The notes under the pieces are model-generated. The model was not told the DNA's origin. It did not search any database and saw only the letters and a program-made list of their open reading frames with translations. Shown in pieces: positions 21,019 to 32,733 of a stretch of 64,000 nucleotides of DNA. The translations under genes and the position numbers were made by a program. How positions within the stretch are numbered: position 1 is the stretch's first letter; the number at the start of each line of letters is the position of its first letter. This DNA comes from Chlamydiales bacterium (lineage in GTDB: Bacteria; Chlamydiota; Chlamydiia; Chlamydiales; JAAZZY01): NCBI GenBank assembly GCA_965206695.1, contig CBDBKM010000010.1, positions 515,097-579,096 of the forward strand. Direction: 5' to 3'.

Positions 21019-22452
21019 GTGAAAATCATTATCCTTTTTTTTATTTCCGTTTTAATCTTTTTACCCCAAGCTATATTTTCCGATTATCATGATGATGAGT
21101 CTGCCTACCACTCTCCTCAGAGGATTAGGCAAATGGAAAAGAAAAAGCAAGAGTATGCAAGGAGAGAAAGAGAAGAAGCAAAAAAAACGAAAAAAGGTGG
21201 AGAAGACATGTCGGAGTGTAAGACACCACCTCTTAGAGATCAAACGGCCAGAGAATTTTATAATGCTACCTATACTTTAGGAGAAAGAATAGGGTGGCTT
21301 CAAGAACTAGCTGATTCAGGACTTTATTTTGGGATTTCTTATTGGATTGACTTACAAGGCAACCCGTCAGGAGGGAAAAAACAGACATTTGGCAATGCAA
21401 GTTCTTTAGGTTTTAGTTTTGCTCTAGATTTTGAAAAAATGATGGGTATTCCGGGTTTTTCTATTTTCAATTCATGGGTTTATCGTAGTGCTACGAATCT
21501 AACACAACAGATTGGGAATAAATTCAATGTGGCTCAACTCTATGGAGGCAATTTTTTTCAATTAAATGAACTATATGCTAAATTAGATCTCTTTGGCGAA
21601 GGCTTCCGGGCTAAAGCCGGTCGTCTGAATGCAGGTAATGACTTTTTAGTTTCTTCTTTGAACTGCAAGTTCGTGAATAATGGGTTTTGTGGCAACCCAA
21701 CATCCATTTTTTCTAATATCTTTTTCTCAGCTTATCCTACTGCTACTTGGGGTGCTTATATGCATATAAAGCCAACAGACTATTTTTTGATGAAGTATGC
21801 TATTTATAATGAAAATCCTCACGTCTTGAAAAGCACTACAAATGGTTTTGATTTTTCTTTTAATAACACGCAAGGGATGTTGTTAATTACTCAATGGGAT
21901 TTCATGTATCAATTGGGTCGTGATTGGAAGGGTTATCCCGGAAATTTTAAAGCCGCTTTTTATTATCTAACTAAAGGAATTCCTCGATTTATAGGGAAAG
22001 AGACAAATCATAATCTAGGTTTTTATTTTGAACTCGATCAAATGATTTATCAAAAAGGAGGGCCTGATTCAAAAATGGGATTAACCCCATTCGCATGGCT
22101 CCTGTTTGCCCCTAAAGAATATAATATGCTTCCTTTTTTCATGACGAGTGGGCTTGTCTATACCGGAATATTGCCGACTCGAGAAAAAGATAGTCTGTGT
22201 TTAGGAATTGCTTATGGAACCTTTAGCTCTGAGATGAGGACGGTACAACGTAACGCACAAAAGCTGGGTATCGGTAGCCCTTATGGAAGAGAGCCTCAAA
22301 ATTTCGAAACAGTGTTAGAGCTTAATTATTGGATACAAGTAACCAATTGGTGGCAGATTACACCGGATATTCAATATGTCATTAATCCCGATGGATTAGG
22401 CACTATAAAAAATGCTTGGGTATTCGGAGCGCAAATTGGCATACTATTTTAG
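21019..22452 (+). CDS. OprB-family carbohydrate porin
   Basis: Signal peptide; GNPSGG, LNELY, KAGRLNAGNDF, AYPTATWG, ELNYWIQVT...ITPDIQYVINPDG motifs; terminal Phe. Confidence 0.85.
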   Translation: MKIIILFFISVLIFLPQAIFSDYHDDESAYHSPQRIRQMEKKKQEYARREREEAKKTKKGGEDMSECKTPPLRDQTAREFYNATYTLGERIGWLQELADSGLYFGISYWIDLQGNPSGGKKQTFGNASSLGFSFALDFEKMMGIPGFSIFNSWVYRSATNLTQQIGNKFNVAQLYGGNFFQLNELYAKLDLFGEGFRAKAGRLNAGNDFLVSSLNCKFVNNGFCGNPTSIFSNIFFSAYPTATWGAYMHIKPTDYFLMKYAIYNENPHVLKSTTNGFDFSFNNTQGMLLITQWDFMYQLGRDWKGYPGNFKAAFYYLTKGIPRFIGKETNHNLGFYFELDQMIYQKGGPDSKMGLTPFAWLLFAPKEYNMLPFFMTSGLVYTGILPTREKDSLCLGIAYGTFSSEMRTVQRNAQKLGIGSPYGREPQNFETVLELNYWIQVTNWWQITPDIQYVINPDGLGTIKNAWVFGAQIGILF

Positions 22453-22719
22453 CTCATTTTACTATTGATTTAGTATTACTATAGAATTTGTATCTTTTTT
22501 AAAGATAATGTTTCTGCATGTAACGTAGTATTCGCTGACCGAGCGACAAGGCACGAAATAGCTTTTGTCCTTCTTCAAAGAGTAATTATTCGTACATGTG
22601 CGTTCTTCGAGATTCCTTAATGAATGAAGAACTTTTATTAAAATAATCTAAAAAGCAAGATATTCGTGGATTTTTCGATTGAATTTCTGAGACGGCAGCT
22701 TCTACGGATATATAATAGC

Positions 22720-22858
22720 ATTGGCTAACCCTATTCCTCTGATTTTTTGTGATAATCCTCGGATTTTCTTTTTCAAATTTGCCCAAAATAGCTCAATAGG
22801 ATTCAGATCCGACGAACCGGGCGGAAGAAAAAGAATGTGATACCTTGTTTCTTCTATG
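22720..22858 (-). pseudogene. Degenerate IS630-like transposase fragment (different element)
   Basis: Minus strand RYHILFLPPGSSDLNPIELFWANLKKKIR. Confidence 0.55.
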
Positions 22859-22950
22859 GGAGTGTTGCGATCCGGCTAAATTTCCAAGTATAGCTCTGTC
22901 AAATTTTTCGGCTTGCAACAGCAAACCGCTAAGATAAGCTTACAATCACC

Positions 22951-23003
22951 TATAGTATTTTAATTTTTATTTGATAATATGTTATCCTTCTTTTTTTATG
23001 CCC
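22951..23003 (+). mobile_element. IS630 left end with internal deletion
   Basis: Identical to the IS630 left end, then jumps to TTTTTATGCCC found inside orfA; immediately followed by an IS30 TIR. Confidence 0.75.
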
Positions 23004-23756
23004 CGCCCTTTCAACATCGAAGTGCAACAAACCGCTACAAATTAAACTTGTCTGAAGGTGGTAAAAAATCTCCTATGGTAAACGTAAGAAAACCAAGGAG
23101 GAAAGATGCCAAACGGCTACCGTCACTTAAACAAAGACAAGAGATGCCAATTGTATACCTTAATAAGAAGAGGAGATCCTATCACCTTAATTTCCAATGA
23201 GTTAAACGTAAATCGATCGACTGTTTATCGCGAGCTAAAACGAAATTGTGGAAAGCGTGGATATCGGTATCAACAGGCTCAAGAGAAGGCTTTAAAGAGA
23301 CGAGGCTCAAAAACTCAACAACGAAAGATGAGCAGTGTAATGATTGCCATTATCGAAGAGAAGTTAAGGGTGCAGTGGAGCCCCGATCAAATATCGGGAT
23401 GGCTGAAGAAGAAAGGGTATCAAGAAGCTGTAAGCCATGAGACAATCTATAACTATGTTTGGGAGGACAAAAAAAGAGGAGGCTTGTTGTATAAACACCT
23501 TAGACATAGTGGGAAGAAATATAACAAGCGAGGTAAAAATAGGGCCGGACGAGGATGTATTCCCGGACGGACAGATATTTCTGAAAGGCCTGATATCGTA
23601 GAGAAGAAAACTCGTTTAGGCGATTGGGAACTAGATACAATCATAGGAACAGAAGGGAGCGGAGTCATTGTCTCAATGGTCGAAAGAGTCTCAAAGCTAA
23701 CAAAACCAGAAAAAGTCTCGCGTAAAACCGCTGAGGAAGTAAAGGATGCGCTAGTA
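23004..23756 (+). mobile_element. IS30-family element, copy 3, truncated by IS630
   Basis: Same left TIR; transposase 23106-23759 ends at EEVKDALV where IS630 begins; right half absent. Confidence 0.93.
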
Positions 23757-24693
23757 TAGTATTTTAATTTTTATTTGATAATATGTTATCCTTTTTTTTT
23801 TATACAAACAGTAAGGACAAAACAATGCCTAGAGCCTATTCAGTAGATCTTCGAGAGAAAGTATTACAACATATAGAAAAACATCATGATAAAAAAACAG
23901 CCGGCCATATTTTTCAAGTAGGTATCGCAACAATATATCGATGGATCTTGCAAAAAAAGCAAAAAGGACATTTAAAGCCAATCCGCAGAAAATATGCTTA
24001 TAAGAAATTAGATGATGAGTTGTTATCTAAATATGTAGAAAAACATCCGGATTATTTTTTATCGGAAATTGCTGATTATTTTTCAGTCACTCCGCAAACG
24101 ATTTTTTATGCCCTTAAAAGATTAAAAATTACACGAAAAAAAAAACTACTCGCTATAAGGAAAGAGATGAAAAGAAACGGGAAGCTTTTATGAAAAATTT
24201 AAAAAATATTCCCTTTGACAAGAGAATTTATCTCGATGAAACCGGGATTCATCAATTTTTATTTCGTGAGTCCGGAAGAAGCTTACGCGGCAAAAAAGTT
24301 TTTGGAGCGGTTTCAGGAAACCGCTTTATAAGGCAAAATATTATTTCAGCCCTATCTAAAGGGCAGTTTTTATCTCCAATGTGTTTTGAAGGTACTTGTA
24401 ATACCGGGTTATTCAATATTTGGCTTAAGGAAGTTTTGACTCCTCAGCTTACACCCGGTAGTGTTCTTATTCTTGACAATGCCGGTTTTCACAAGTCAGT
24501 GGAAAGCAGGAAAACAGTAGCATCTGCCGGTTGTAAGCTTATGTTTCTTCCTCCCTATTCTCCGGACTTAAATCCTATAGAAAAATATTGGGCTAATATG
24601 AAAAATAAAGTTAGAGAGATATTACGAAAAGTTACGAATTTTAAATTCGCCATTGATCAAGCAATCTTATCAATGTAAAATTAAATGACTATA
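23755..24693 (+). mobile_element. IS630-family element, copy 2 (apparently intact orfA/orfB, A10 slip site)
   Basis: Both ends present; orfA from 23825 without internal stop; orfB 24190-24678. Confidence 0.95.
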
Positions 24694-24732
24694 AAAACTA
24701 CTTAGACCGAAACAGGCCCAATTTGTCGCACT

Positions 24733-26130
24733 TCATAGTTGAAAAGGCAGCATTTCAGAAATCAGCTTGTTAAGATAATTTCTACCGGGTTTTAGGGCAA
24801 GATCTAATTCTTTCGGGAAAGGAAAAAAGTAATCAGGGATCTTAAAGCGAGGGAGATATTGTTCGAGCTCTGATTTAAGTGCCTCGGGGTTTAGGGGAGT
24901 ATTGGATTTAATAAAGGCTATAGGGCGATAACCAAATGTCTCATCTTCATAAGACAGTACAACGGCTTGTATGATATTAGCGAGTTTTAGAAGAATTGTC
25001 TCAATCTCTTCCGGTTGGATATTCTCGCCACCGGAAATAAATAGATTATCTTTTCTTCCTATTATAGACAAAGTATCCGTACCTTTTAGTTCACCTAAGT
25101 CGCCTGTTTTGAAATAACCGCCTTGTAATGAAAGCGGTTCATTCAGGTAGCCTTTGAAAAGGGTAGGACCTTTTACTAAAATTTCTGAATCTTTAGAAAT
25201 CTTAACTTGTCTGAAAGGTAATATAAGCGCTTTGTTTATATGGGTAGGGTGGGTAGTAGCTACTTGTGATGACATTTCAGTAAGGCCATATGTTTTTAAG
25301 GCTATTATATGTTTTTTACCGGCTTCTTCTATCAGGTCATTTAAGATAGGTCCTCCACCAATAAGAAGCCATTTAAGCGATTCAATGATTTTGGGGAGTA
25401 TTGATGACTCTAATAATTGTTTTAGTTGAGTTGGTATCAAAGAGAGGTGGTTGATTGAAAATTGAGCGATATTTTTATCCAGGGGCATATTGGCATGAGG
25501 AATAACTAAGGTGGATTGATTGAGTAGTATTCTAAATATGATCGCTATTCCTCCTACATGGTAAAGAGGTAATGATAAAAGCCATTTGGCATCAGGGTTT
25601 AAGGGAAGATAAGTATTAGCACCCAAGGCACTGAAGTAATGATTACCTATAGAGTGTTGACAAATTTTAGGCTCGCCCGAACTTCCGGAAGTAAATAGAA
25701 GCGTAGATATTTGATCCGGGTAGTAATGGAAACAAGGTCCGGCATCGCTCGCAATAGGAATAAGGAATTCTTCTGTTGAATATATAGGAAGAGGGCACTC
25801 ATCAAACGACTCATCACTAATTAGAAGAGTTGCATTAAGCTTATGTAATTGTTTAAACACACCTTTTTTGGGTTGATAGGTGTTAAGGGGGCAAAATAGA
25901 ATTTTCATTCGCAAACAAGCGAATAGAAATGGAACAAAATAGGTCTTATCATTAGAAAAAAAAGCAAGGCGATCATTTTCTTGAAGACTTAAGTTTTTTA
26001 AATGATGCATAATACATAATGTCCGGTCATTTAATTGTTCGTATGTCAAGGTATTATCAGACGTGATTAAGGCGGTTTTATGAGGAAAAAGACGCGCTGT
26101 ACGGCTTAAAGGACATAAAATATTAAACAT
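24733..26130 (-). CDS. menE: o-succinylbenzoate-CoA ligase
   Basis: FTSGSSGEPK, YGLTEMSSQV, KTGDLG, GRKDNLFISGGENIQPEEIE; operon context. Confidence 0.92.
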   Translation of the reverse strand: MFNILCPLSRTARLFPHKTALITSDNTLTYEQLNDRTLCIMHHLKNLSLQENDRLAFFSNDKTYFVPFLFACLRMKILFCPLNTYQPKKGVFKQLHKLNATLLISDESFDECPLPIYSTEEFLIPIASDAGPCFHYYPDQISTLLFTSGSSGEPKICQHSIGNHYFSALGANTYLPLNPDAKWLLSLPLYHVGGIAIIFRILLNQSTLVIPHANMPLDKNIAQFSINHLSLIPTQLKQLLESSILPKIIESLKWLLIGGGPILNDLIEEAGKKHIIALKTYGLTEMSSQVATTHPTHINKALILPFRQVKISKDSEILVKGPTLFKGYLNEPLSLQGGYFKTGDLGELKGTDTLSIIGRKDNLFISGGENIQPEEIETILLKLANIIQAVVLSYEDETFGYRPIAFIKSNTPLNPEALKSELEQYLPRFKIPDYFFPFPKELDLALKPGRNYLNKLISEMLPFQL

Positions 26131-27175
26131 GGACTTTCTCTAAATATGCAAAGTTAAATATAGGGAGATTTTGGTTATCTATTTTAAGAGAACCATTTGT
26201 AAAAGATAGATTGGGTTTTAAAACATCATGCTGTAGAAAGGAATAACTATCAAGGCCCATAGGAATGGATTGTAGGTTAAACCTCGAAGCTAATTGAGTC
26301 ATTGAGAGTATACCAATCCCACTCTCATAGATGCTACTCAAAACACAATAAAGATTATTTTTCTTAGCTATTTCAATCAAAGAAAAAAGAGCATTTAATG
26401 CTCCAATAATAGGAGGTTTTAAAACAAAAGCTTTTTTTGTTTTTGTTTGCAGTAATACGTCTAGTGGCAGATCAGTTAATGATTCATCGAAAGCAATGGG
26501 GTGTAAGTGGGTTTGAGAGAGTATTGGAAGTTCGTAAGGATTGGCCAAAGGCTCTTCGATGTATTCAAAAGTATCGAGATCAAAAGAAGAGAGAAAAAAG
26601 TGGGCTTCTTTTGTTGTCCATGATCGGTTAATATCCAAACGAATAGGGTTATTGTTTAGATGCTCTATAACCTTGTTTACAAAATCAACAGCAGCTTTAT
26701 TTTTTCGGTTTCCAATTTTCAGTTTAACTGTTTGATTAGGTTCAATGGTTTTAATCTTTTGTATGATTTGTTCTATTGTCCCCGTTAGAAGAGCGTTAAC
26801 AGGGAATAGGATATTTGATTTTGTTGTAGGTTTAAGCAGTTGATAGACTCCAAATTCAAGAGCAAAAAAAAGAGAGGGAAAACGAGTCAAATCACTTTGT
26901 TGACTTAATGAATTGGGGCAGTATAAAAGATGATCTACATGCCAATCATGGTCTAAAATAAAAGGTTTTAATCTCTTTAGTTCTAAAAGTGAGTGGATAA
27001 TCGAATCAGAGCTAAAAGTGGGCAAAGGGGCAACTTCTGCCCAAATCGAATTTTTAGAACTATCAGTTATCTTAATTAAAAGACCCTCTCTATTAAGAAG
27101 GCTAACTTTTTTGAGTTGAATGGGCCGATTTAAAGGAAGCTTATAACGAAATACTTCAAGATCATGCAATTTCAT
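26123..27175 (-). CDS. menC: o-succinylbenzoate synthase
   Basis: REGLLI, EVAPLPTFS, VKLKIG, IRLDINRSW, YIEEP, AFDESL. Confidence 0.88.
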   Translation of the reverse strand: MKLHDLEVFRYKLPLNRPIQLKKVSLLNREGLLIKITDSSKNSIWAEVAPLPTFSSDSIIHSLLELKRLKPFILDHDWHVDHLLYCPNSLSQQSDLTRFPSLFFALEFGVYQLLKPTTKSNILFPVNALLTGTIEQIIQKIKTIEPNQTVKLKIGNRKNKAAVDFVNKVIEHLNNNPIRLDINRSWTTKEAHFFLSSFDLDTFEYIEEPLANPYELPILSQTHLHPIAFDESLTDLPLDVLLQTKTKKAFVLKPPIIGALNALFSLIEIAKKNNLYCVLSSIYESGIGILSMTQLASRFNLQSIPMGLDSYSFLQHDVLKPNLSFTNGSLKIDNQNLPIFNFAYLEKVHV

Positions 27176-28059
27176 AACAGATATCCAAGCGAGAATAGGA
27201 ATGTATAGAACACCAAAAGCTTAGCGGTTTTGACGAGTATTATATTAAGCTCTTGAGATGTGGGATGTTGAAAGACTTTGATGATGAGGGGTAAAGAGAA
27301 GGGTAGAATCAGAAGAGCCATCATAGAAAAGTAGTGGCTCTTCGTTAAAATAGCTAATATAAGAGGTATTATAGAAGTTAATACAATACATGCTAAATAT
27401 TCAATTTTTCCAAATAGTACTCCAAATCTCACGCAGAGTGTTATTTTAAAAGCTAATGCATCTGTTTCTTTATCTCTTAAATTATTTATTGCTAATATAG
27501 CTGTTGATAACAGACCGGGAGATAAGCTTAAAAAAAAAACATCTATTGAAACTGACAAAGTATGCAAATAATAGGTTCCCATAACAGCAATAGGTCCGAA
27601 AAAAATAAATACCAAAAGTTCTCCTAGACCCATATATCCGAGTGGGTTCGTGCCTCCCGTATAAAAATAAGCAGCTAAAAGAGAGGCCAATAAAATCATG
27701 ACAATAGGCATGCCCCCTCGGAAGATAAGTCCTATCGAAAGAATAGTCGCAATAAAAAAGGAGATGGTAATACCTTGTTTCATCGCTTTTTTAGTAAGTA
27801 GGCCGGCCTGCATAACACGCTTAGGGCCTTTTCTTGATTCCGTATCAGCACCTTTTATAAAGTCACAATAATCATTAACAAAATTGCTGCAAATCTGAAT
27901 ACCAAGAGAGGCTGATAAAGCCAACAGAAAAGATAGGGGATGAAATAATCCTTTTTTAAGAGCTATAACAGTTCCTATTATAACAGGGCATGCTCCGGCA
28001 GGGAGCGTTTGTAGTCTAGCAGCCATTAACCAGACATTAATAGAATATCTAAGCTCCAC
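27172..28059 (-). CDS. menA: DHNA prenyltransferase
   Basis: AARLQTLPA, NFVNDYCDFIKGAD, NNLRDKETD. Confidence 0.93.
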   Translation of the reverse strand: MELRYSINVWLMAARLQTLPAGACPVIIGTVIALKKGLFHPLSFLLALSASLGIQICSNFVNDYCDFIKGADTESRKGPKRVMQAGLLTKKAMKQGITISFFIATILSIGLIFRGGMPIVMILLASLLAAYFYTGGTNPLGYMGLGELLVFIFFGPIAVMGTYYLHTLSVSIDVFFLSLSPGLLSTAILAINNLRDKETDALAFKITLCVRFGVLFGKIEYLACIVLTSIIPLILAILTKSHYFSMMALLILPFSLPLIIKVFQHPTSQELNIILVKTAKLLVFYTFLFSLGYLL

Positions 28060-28061
28060 AA

Positions 28062-28883
28062 CTAGCCTCGCCGGGGAAAAGCTTGAAAGTCAGGCTTTCG
28101 CTTTTCATTAAAGGCATTACGCCCTTCCTGACCTTCTTTGGACATATAATATAACATAGTAGCGTTACCGGCTAGTTCCTGTAAGCCGGCTTGACCATCA
28201 CAATCGGCATTAAAAGCGGCTTTTAGACAACGAAGTGCAACCGGTGAATGGCATAAAATATCTTGGCACCACTCTAAAGTCCTTTCTTCAAGTTTGTCTA
28301 AAGGAGCTACATGATTGATCAGACCCATTTCTAATGCTTGAGTAGCATTATATTGTTTGCAAAGATACCAGATTTCTCTAGCTTTTTTCTGTCCGACAAT
28401 TCGAGCCATGTAGCCGGTTCCATATCCACCATCAAATGAACCGACACGTGGTCCCGTTTGACCAAAAACGGCATTGTCTGCTGCTATGGTCAGATCACAC
28501 AGCATATGCAAGACATGCCCTCCACCAATAGCATAACCTGCAACCATCGCAATAATAGGTGTAGGGTGAGTACGCATTTGACGTTGAAAATCTAAAATAT
28601 TTAATCGCTCTATTCCTTTAGTATCAGTATATCCTGCATCTCCACGAATTTTTTGATCTCCTCCCGAACAAAAAGCGCGTGATCCTTCACCACAAAGGAT
28701 AACCACACCAATATCACTATCTTCTCTCGCGTCATGTAGGGCATGGCTCATTTCAGTAACGGTTAAAGGTCTAAAAGCATTATGTACTTGTGGCCTATTG
28801 ATCGTAATCTTAGCGATCTGATTCCATGTGTGATATTTTATATCAGTGTATTCATTGCTTTTTTGCCATAAAGCGTGTGTCAT
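28062..28883 (-). CDS. menB: DHNA-CoA (naphthoate) synthase
   Basis: [40 protein letters not shown]. Confidence 0.97.
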   Translation of the reverse strand: MTHALWQKSNEYTDIKYHTWNQIAKITINRPQVHNAFRPLTVTEMSHALHDAREDSDIGVVILCGEGSRAFCSGGDQKIRGDAGYTDTKGIERLNILDFQRQMRTHPTPIIAMVAGYAIGGGHVLHMLCDLTIAADNAVFGQTGPRVGSFDGGYGTGYMARIVGQKKAREIWYLCKQYNATQALEMGLINHVAPLDKLEERTLEWCQDILCHSPVALRCLKAAFNADCDGQAGLQELAGNATMLYYMSKEGQEGRNAFNEKRKPDFQAFPRRG

Positions 28884-29653
28884 AATGGTACCTCATATTC
28901 ATAAATTAATTTGGATAATTCATTGGGTTGTTCAATATGTGGAGCATGTCCGCAGTTTAAAACTTCCTTTATAGTAGAACGAGTAAATAAACTTTTGATC
29001 CTTTCAGCGATTAATTTGTATTTTTCATCTTTGTTACCATATATATATAATAATGGGCTCGTAAATGCTTGTGAGGAGGGTTTAATGGGTTGAAATACGA
29101 CCGGACTCATTGTTAATAGCATTTGTTTTAAAGCTTTTCGATTACCATTTTTTCTTCGAGCCTTTATCGTTTGATAAAGCAATGGATTATGGTGTAATGA
29201 ATCGAATAAGGGTTGTTTATACCATAAATCTAAAAAATAATCGAAAGGTTCTTTTTCTAAAATATTTGCCCAATAGAGATCACTTTTTATTCGATTAAGC
29301 TTATCTCTTGTATCGATTGCTCCGGAAATGAGCGTAAATTTATCAAATAAGGGGCATTGTTTTTCGATAAAGTAAAAACCAATTCTAGCGCCCATAGAAT
29401 AGCCGATAAAGCTCGCTTTAGTTAGAGAAAAAGGCTCAAGTGTTTTCATTATAAGAGGATAGATCTCATAAGCGGTTTTAATGGTGATATCAGAGGATTT
29501 TCCATGCCCGGGTAAATCAATAGCAATGCAAAAAAAAGCATCCTTTAATAGCCGTATCGTTTCATTGAAATCTTGGAAACAACCTAAAAAACCATGTAAA
29601 AATACACAAGCCGGTTTATGAAAGTTACCGAAGGTTTCACAATGAAGGTTCAC
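28880..29653 (-). CDS. menH: SHCHC synthase (alpha/beta hydrolase)
   Basis: [37 protein letters not shown]; lies between menD and menB. Confidence 0.85.
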   Translation of the reverse strand: MNLHCETFGNFHKPACVFLHGFLGCFQDFNETIRLLKDAFFCIAIDLPGHGKSSDITIKTAYEIYPLIMKTLEPFSLTKASFIGYSMGARIGFYFIEKQCPLFDKFTLISGAIDTRDKLNRIKSDLYWANILEKEPFDYFLDLWYKQPLFDSLHHNPLLYQTIKARRKNGNRKALKQMLLTMSPVVFQPIKPSSQAFTSPLLYIYGNKDEKYKLIAERIKSLFTRSTIKEVLNCGHAPHIEQPNELSKLIYEYEVPL

Positions 29654-31374
29654 TGTACATATTTTTCAATTGTTTTAAAAATATTCTGATGTAATTGGTA
29701 ATTTTCTGAGCGCAGAGTTTGAATTTCTAAAAGGGCGGATTTTTTATTTAAATGGAGTTCGGTAAAAATGGTTGTTAGATCTTGATAGGTTTGTATAAGA
29801 GAATAATCAATATTGAACTGCATGGACGCGTCTCTAAAAGAATATTCATGAGGGGTAGCGAAGTGCTTTTCAAAAATATTTGACTGTTTACTAATGGGAA
29901 GAAAAGAAAAAATACCCCCCCCTTGATTATTGACAACAACAATTATGCAGGGGCGCTCATTTTCATGAATAAGCGACAAAGAATTGAGATCGTGTAAACA
30001 AGCTAAATCTCCTATTAAAATTACCATAGGCTGTTTTGAACCTTGAGCAATTCCAAAGGCTGTAGCTAAATTGCCATCGATTCCACTCGCTCCTCTATTT
30101 GTATAAAGATTGATTTTTCTACTATTTTGACAAGAAAAGAAATTAGCATCTCTAATTGGCATACTAGAAGCTATGAAAAGACCATAGTTATTAGGTATAT
30201 GTTGCATAATCCAGCGCACTAAACCCGGTTCTGTCAAACTTTGATCTTCTGAAAAATGCATATTAAGTTTCTCATGAATCTTCTGAGAATTCATTTTAAG
30301 TGATGATAGCCGGTTATTGGACGGATTTTGCGGAAGATGATCTAAAATTTTCTGACAAAACAATATAGGGTCAAAGATGAAGCGATGATTGACTTGATGT
30401 AACGGGTCATATTTAAAAGGATATTTGCTTACCAATAGGGTAATAGTGGGTTTGTTTTCCAAATATTGTAAAAGAGATTTTGATACAAAACGTTCTCCTA
30501 ACTGTAAGACAATATCCACGTCTTCAAGATTTTTAGATTTTAATAAGAGATCATGATAGGGAATAAAAGGAGATTGGGGGTAGCCTGTTCGCATCCCTGA
30601 TTGAATATCAGGAAAGATAGGCCATTGAAGCTTTTTAGCTACCTTTATAATAGCAGTTAAGTCGCTATCATTATCTATTGGTCCTAATATAATGATCCCA
30701 TTTTTACTTGGATTTAACAAGGAAGCATATTTTCTTGCCGATTCTTTGGTTAAAAAAGACTCGTGATATTCTGTATAAGGGTTTGAAGACTGTAACCAAG
30801 AATTTGTATAAGCATCAAAGGGACATACTTTGTCTTCAAAAAAAGGTTCTTTAAACATGCAATTGAGTTGAACGGGCCCTGACGAAGATCCGGCTTTAAA
30901 CGCTATATAAGCCGTAGTTGATAGAACAAATTTTTGAGCTGTTTGTTCATTGGGACAAGGTAGATCGAATTGATATCTGACATAGTCACCAAATATTTTA
31001 ATTTGATCTATCGATTGATTGGCTCCGGTAGAGCGTAATTCCGGTGGTCGATCTGCGCTTAAAATAATTAGAGGAACATTATCTTGGCTAGCTTCAACAA
31101 TAGCAGGAAAAAGATTTACTACAGCTGTTCCGGATGTCACTACAATCACAGCCGGTTTTTTTGAACCTTTAGCATATCCAAGAGCATGGAAAGCCAGGCC
31201 CCTTTCATCATAATGGATACGAGGTATTGCCTTAGGATTTTTTGCAATTGCTACTGTTAAAGGGGTAGATCTTGATCCCGGAGCTAAACAAAAGTAAGTA
31301 ATACCTTGTCTGGTCAACTCCTCAATGATTAAATAAGCCCAAAGTTCATTTATAGAACGTTTAAAAATAGTCAT
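29650..31374 (-). CDS. menD: SEPHCHC synthase
   Basis: PGSRSTPL, DERGLAF, TSGTAVVN, ADRPPEL, NRGASGIDG, NNQGGGIF. Confidence 0.96.
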   Translation of the reverse strand: MTIFKRSINELWAYLIIEELTRQGITYFCLAPGSRSTPLTVAIAKNPKAIPRIHYDERGLAFHALGYAKGSKKPAVIVVTSGTAVVNLFPAIVEASQDNVPLIILSADRPPELRSTGANQSIDQIKIFGDYVRYQFDLPCPNEQTAQKFVLSTTAYIAFKAGSSSGPVQLNCMFKEPFFEDKVCPFDAYTNSWLQSSNPYTEYHESFLTKESARKYASLLNPSKNGIIILGPIDNDSDLTAIIKVAKKLQWPIFPDIQSGMRTGYPQSPFIPYHDLLLKSKNLEDVDIVLQLGERFVSKSLLQYLENKPTITLLVSKYPFKYDPLHQVNHRFIFDPILFCQKILDHLPQNPSNNRLSSLKMNSQKIHEKLNMHFSEDQSLTEPGLVRWIMQHIPNNYGLFIASSMPIRDANFFSCQNSRKINLYTNRGASGIDGNLATAFGIAQGSKQPMVILIGDLACLHDLNSLSLIHENERPCIIVVVNNQGGGIFSFLPISKQSNIFEKHFATPHEYSFRDASMQFNIDYSLIQTYQDLTTIFTELHLNKKSALLEIQTLRSENYQLHQNIFKTIEKYVQ

Positions 31375-31378
31375 GGTA

Positions 31379-32716
31379 TTATGAAAAAATATTTTGAAAG
31401 GTACGGGTTTTATGATCTAACTCCTCCCATTCTTGTTGGGGGATCGAGTCTTTTAAAATACCACCACCGGAAAAAAGGTGAATATCTTTTCCTTTTAGCA
31501 AGCAAGAACGGATACCTACAGCTAATTCGGCACTATCATTACCAATCCAACCAATAGGACCTGCATACCAGCCTCTATCAAAAGGTTCTAAATCTAAGAT
31601 GTAGTGTAGAGCGTAAGTTAAGGGAGTTCCGCACATAGCCGGCGTTGGGTGTAGCGTTCTAATAATATCCGGATCTTTTATATTAGATTTTAATGTGCCT
31701 TTAAATGGGATAAAAAGATGTTGTACATTAGCAGTCTTCATGACGGAGTGATTTTCAGGGCATGTTAATTTTTTACAAAGAGGGGACAAGACATGATGAA
31801 TATAATCATGCACATGAAGAATTTCTTCTCGTTCTTTAGTGTTTGCTAAAAGTTCTTCAGCAAGAGCTTGATCTTCTTTCTCTGTCGACCCTCGAGGCCT
31901 GGTTCCGGCAAGAGCTTCTGTCTGAATTTGATCACCAACTCGTTGATATAATCGTTCAGGCGAAGCACCTAAAAAGGTACTTTGCGATGATAGTTGAAGA
32001 AGGAAGTGGTAACAATTAACCGTTTCTTCTTTTAGGCGCTTTAAAGTTTTATAAGGGCAAGGAGTATTTGAAAAAGCTAGAGTTGTTTGTCTTGCGAGTA
32101 CAATTTTACTGAGCTCTTTAGTTTTAATTTTTTCTAAAACGACATCTAAATTTTTCTTCCACTGATTTAAAGGAGGATAGTGCGTTGTGTGATTAAATTT
32201 GTGCTCTACGGACGAGGGAAGATCATCATCACTTGTTGTTAACGATATAGGCATATTAGAAAAAATTTTTGAAAAGGGGTGTTTCGCTAGGCTAACCGTA
32301 TTGATGGCGAAGGTCCAACAACTATTGTTGTAAATATATTCATATCTTGGAAGGAAAAAAAGTGAATCGGGGAAACATTTCCATAAGGAGGACTTTCTTT
32401 CCGAAAGAGAAAATGAGGTTCCGCCAAAGAGGCGAAGTGAAAAAGTCGTATTACCTTCTAAGGGTTCTGATACTAACGGATAAGGAAGATCAAGTATAGA
32501 AAGAATGGAGCCAACACCTGCAATTTCAAAATTCTGTTCCCTTGATGACCAATAGGTTTTAGGGAAGATAAACTGTTTTGAGAGCCATGAAGGTAGATTG
32601 TTACTTTCAACAGGAATTTCTAGCCGGTACCAATAATAGTTTTCATTACCTATTGTTATTGGGGTTAAAGCCCATTTTTTCTCTTTGGAATTCAGGTCTA
32701 TATTGAATTGATTCAT
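31379..32716 (-). CDS. menF: Isochorismate synthase
   Basis: KIVLAR, FLGASPERL, EALAGT, LHPTPAMCG, RGWYAGPIG. Confidence 0.92.
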   Translation of the reverse strand: MNQFNIDLNSKEKKWALTPITIGNENYYWYRLEIPVESNNLPSWLSKQFIFPKTYWSSREQNFEIAGVGSILSILDLPYPLVSEPLEGNTTFSLRLFGGTSFSLSERKSSLWKCFPDSLFFLPRYEYIYNNSCWTFAINTVSLAKHPFSKIFSNMPISLTTSDDDLPSSVEHKFNHTTHYPPLNQWKKNLDVVLEKIKTKELSKIVLARQTTLAFSNTPCPYKTLKRLKEETVNCYHFLLQLSSQSTFLGASPERLYQRVGDQIQTEALAGTRPRGSTEKEDQALAEELLANTKEREEILHVHDYIHHVLSPLCKKLTCPENHSVMKTANVQHLFIPFKGTLKSNIKDPDIIRTLHPTPAMCGTPLTYALHYILDLEPFDRGWYAGPIGWIGNDSAELAVGIRSCLLKGKDIHLFSGGGILKDSIPQQEWEELDHKTRTFQNIFS

Positions 32717-32733
32717 TCTATCCTACTTAACAA

